Assembly: GCA_000182565.2 (NCBI GenBank)
Contig: KQ257464.1
DNA length: 64,000 bases
Strand: one strand, 5' to 3'
Source: Spizellomyces punctatus DAOM BR117
Taxonomy: Eukaryota
Each line of letters starts with the position of its first letter. Position 1 is the stretch's first letter. Below the pieces are notes generated by a model, which was given only the letters and a program-made list of their open reading frames with translations, was not told the origin of the DNA and ran no database searches. The translations under genes were made by a program, and so were the position numbers. Shown here one piece after another: positions 61,182-64,000 of the stretch.

Positions 61182-62872
61182 CAATGTTTGCAGATACGCT
61201 TAATAGCTGAAAAGTCTCTGAATGGTTGAAATAAACGTCGATTTGCTCATTCTGTCCTTCAGTGAGAATAAAACTGACCATTAAAAGGTACTGCGTCGTG
61301 TTGCGAGCTGGAAAAAAGTCATCTGTTCATGCCACTTGTTTTCCGTGCCATCCTGTTCAATTGCCACGAGCGGAGCTCCCGTCGACACTTGTGAGGGAAG
61401 GAACATGTCATTTAAGTTGATCTCTTTGACGGAACTTTTAAAACCTGTTAACATGCAAGATCATAGCAGCGTGGTGATATGCTGCCATTTCTACAATATA
61501 TTATTCATCCAGATTCACATAACCAAGACCACTCTTTTGTCAATCTGGCGCTCGCTGTAGGGGCAGATATTCAAAGATACTGCGTAATATTCACAACTGC
61601 ATCCAACTAGTCTCCAAAGAATGTAAAATGAAAGGGAGCAGATGGGCGTGGGGACCCAAGACGTCCTTGAATCAGGAATTAATACGACACCTATTGTATA
61701 TGTTGTCAACTTGTATTCAATAGGAGTTAGTCATAACCGAACAGAAAGAGCTGCAGACGGACGATTACGCAAATAATGTGAATTGAAATCGCGCACGCAT
61801 GGAAGATGGAATAGTACTGAGGCAACCGACATGTACAGGAAGAGAAGAAAGTGCATTTCTCATGAAAGGAATTCTTGATGCAAAAGTGACGGAAGAAGTC
61901 ATGCGATCAGATTCCGGGCCTGGGACTCAGAATACGAGTGGACACAAAGAAACTCCAAATGGCTTGCTAGCCATGGTGTTGTCCGTCAGAGTCGAGGCGG
62001 TTTACGGGACTGAGAGTGCCAATGTAACCAACTTGACTTGCTCTTGCTGGCTACAGTCCTGCAGTCTGTGCATTTCACATAACAATGGAAGCCTATCAGT
62101 CTGCAGAGAGATGCAGCCACTGGATCGAATGAAATGAAATGCAAGATGCCTCCCTCGATTTAGGCAAATGAACTATGCACAAAAGATGCTCCATCATGAG
62201 AAAACGGGTCCAATATGCGGCCATGAATGACTGCAATTACTATCCCTTGCGGCCATCTGCTTCAGTTGCCACATGCATATCATCAGTTATGACTCAATGT
62301 ATCCCCTCTTTTTTCTATATAAACACCCCCTCATCTGCCCCCTATCTTGTTCTTTACCCTCGACTCTCAAAGCATCTGCTCAACAAGTCTCAAGTCCACC
62401 ATGAGAATGCCGCTCTGGTGTCGAGGACCTCGCCCTCCCAACAAAAACAACATAACCCCTTGCAAACGCTGCTACTACTATATTGCTACGATTGCAGGTA
62501 TGCATTATCTTTGTATTTTCCCACGCCCATATTCCGAGTCTAATTCTGGTTTAATTAGTATCTGAACATCCTCCGACTAAAGAATTTCGGAATCAAGGGC
62601 TTAGTAGGATTTCTCTCGTGGTGGTGGGCTTAGTTACCCGGTTAGAACAACCGTAATGTATTGCATGTGTAATGGGGCCTAGTAGTAGTTGGTTGGTTGT
62701 AAGGAGGGAAGTACTTGGCTTTTCCGAACCAGTTATCGCTGGTTTATTCCCTGGTGTATTGTGTTGTGACATTTGTTATTGCCAATACACTAACAATGGA
62801 TGCAGAACACCAAAGGGAACGCGCAAGTGGCACAGTTTTGCTCTCTACTTGGCCAGATCGACTGCTATTAAG

Positions 62873-64000
62873 TTACGCCGTAAATAAGCGCAGCTTGCCA
62901 TCATGACAGCCAGTGGCAACCTTGGGGTAAAGTGGGTTGAAGTCAACAGATGATACGACATCCGTGTGGCCTGGTAATCTCTCTAGAACCGCGCTCTTCC
63001 GCACATCATAAAGGTAGGCATGATTGTCCTGTCGCATTCGAAGGTTAATATACGGTTCCCTGTAACCCCGGTGAAACAAGATGTTCCATTACCTCGGAGC
63101 CCGAGGCTATATATCGTCCACAAGGCGACAAGGCGCATCCGACTTGTGCATAACGATTGCAGTGTCCGTGTAAATGCAGTATGGCTCTTTCTTGTCTGAG
63201 ATCCCAGCATTTGATGGAGTCGGTGACCTGATGTGAAGACATCAGTTATTATGTCAGAAATTGAAATGGTGCGACCCCATAAACTCACCGCAGTGCTGAC
63301 AAAGACGTTCTCAAAAGCTGGGGGTGGATGTTCGTAATCCGCAAGTGCAAGTGCATGTATTACTCTTGTCTGCGCCTGACGTATTGAGCGGACCACAGAA
63401 CATTGGGCAACATCCCATACATGGATCTGCTTGTCAGAACAAGCTGTTAGGATCAGATGCGACTTTCTAGCATTCATGCATGCGAGGGCAGTCAGGCTGT
63501 GAGCTGAGGAGCTGAATTTCGAGGCCAATTTGTACCAGTTGTAGTTAAGCTGAGGGCGAACGGAACCTTTGTCAGGTTTCTCAAGGTGGTAGGTGTACAG
63601 GTTGCAATCGGGCCCCGACGGTATCAAAATAAACTGATCGTTGTAATAAAAGCGAGTGTGCCGTATTTCGCTGGAAAACGCTTGCTTAGTATCCACTTTA
63701 GCAGTCAGTGGGGGTACTTTGGGTTTCGGATTTCGATTCCCCAAGACCTTGCGAAATTCCAAAAGCGGCTCAGATTGCTTGACCGTCCACAGACGAGCAC
63801 TTCCGTCCAAAGACGCAGTCAGCAGCAATTGCCCATACTGACTTGTGGAAGAGTGGCTCCAGGAAACAGTCGTTAAGGGTCCGTTGTGTCCCATGAGGTC
63901 CTTCATGTGTGTTTCGCTGGAAAGCGGCGTGCGATGATATCTGGCTGTGCCATCGCTTGAAGCAGTTGCGCACGCGGACCCACTCGCGTTAAACTTGACG
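62873..64000 (-). CDS. WDR27: WD40-repeat protein, WDR27-like; 5' part lies beyond the window
   Basis: GHNGPLTTVSWS..LLTASLDGSARLW, IKCWDLRQ..LHGHCNR..GCALSPCGRYIASGSEDNHAYLYD and GHTDVVSSVDFNP..ATGCHDGKLRLF, resembling the WDR27 C-terminus. Confidence 0.8.

Noticed and set aside
62401-62906. Possible small plus-strand gene after a TATA-like element (MRMPLWCRG...)
   Set aside because: No splice solution gave a convincing protein, and it abuts the WDR27 3' end.

Overview
Gene-dense eukaryotic DNA, with many short (mostly about 50-80 nt) GT-AG spliceosomal introns. Gene content and protein similarity suggest an early-diverging fungus, probably a chytrid; this is inference only. About 27 protein-coding genes are supportable, mostly housekeeping: PUS7, MIC12-like, RPAIN, a bacterial-type DUF421/YetF membrane protein, ARPC4, WTAP/Mum2, SMC5, KIAA1841/SANBR-like, DBF4, PUF60, a TMEM179/MARVEL-like protein, nucleolar FKBP, Rab6, glycine decarboxylase P, Wee1/Myt1 kinase, MCT1, NRDE2, NDUFA3, a Cdc11-type septin, AP-1 sigma, cystathionine gamma-synthase, BZW/5MP, XRN2, WDR27 and a few orphans. 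There is one 149-N assembly gap. I recognised no rRNA, tRNA, CRISPR array or transposon. The best leads are a candidate autoregulatory poison exon or alternative 3' splice site in an unusually long PUF60 intron, an intron-containing DUF421 gene of possible bacterial origin, a multibranch RNA-like structure between converging genes, a U12-like donor in BZW, several GC-AG introns, and small multi-exon genes that the ORF track misses. All family assignments come from remembered motifs, not database searches, and exon boundaries were read by eye.
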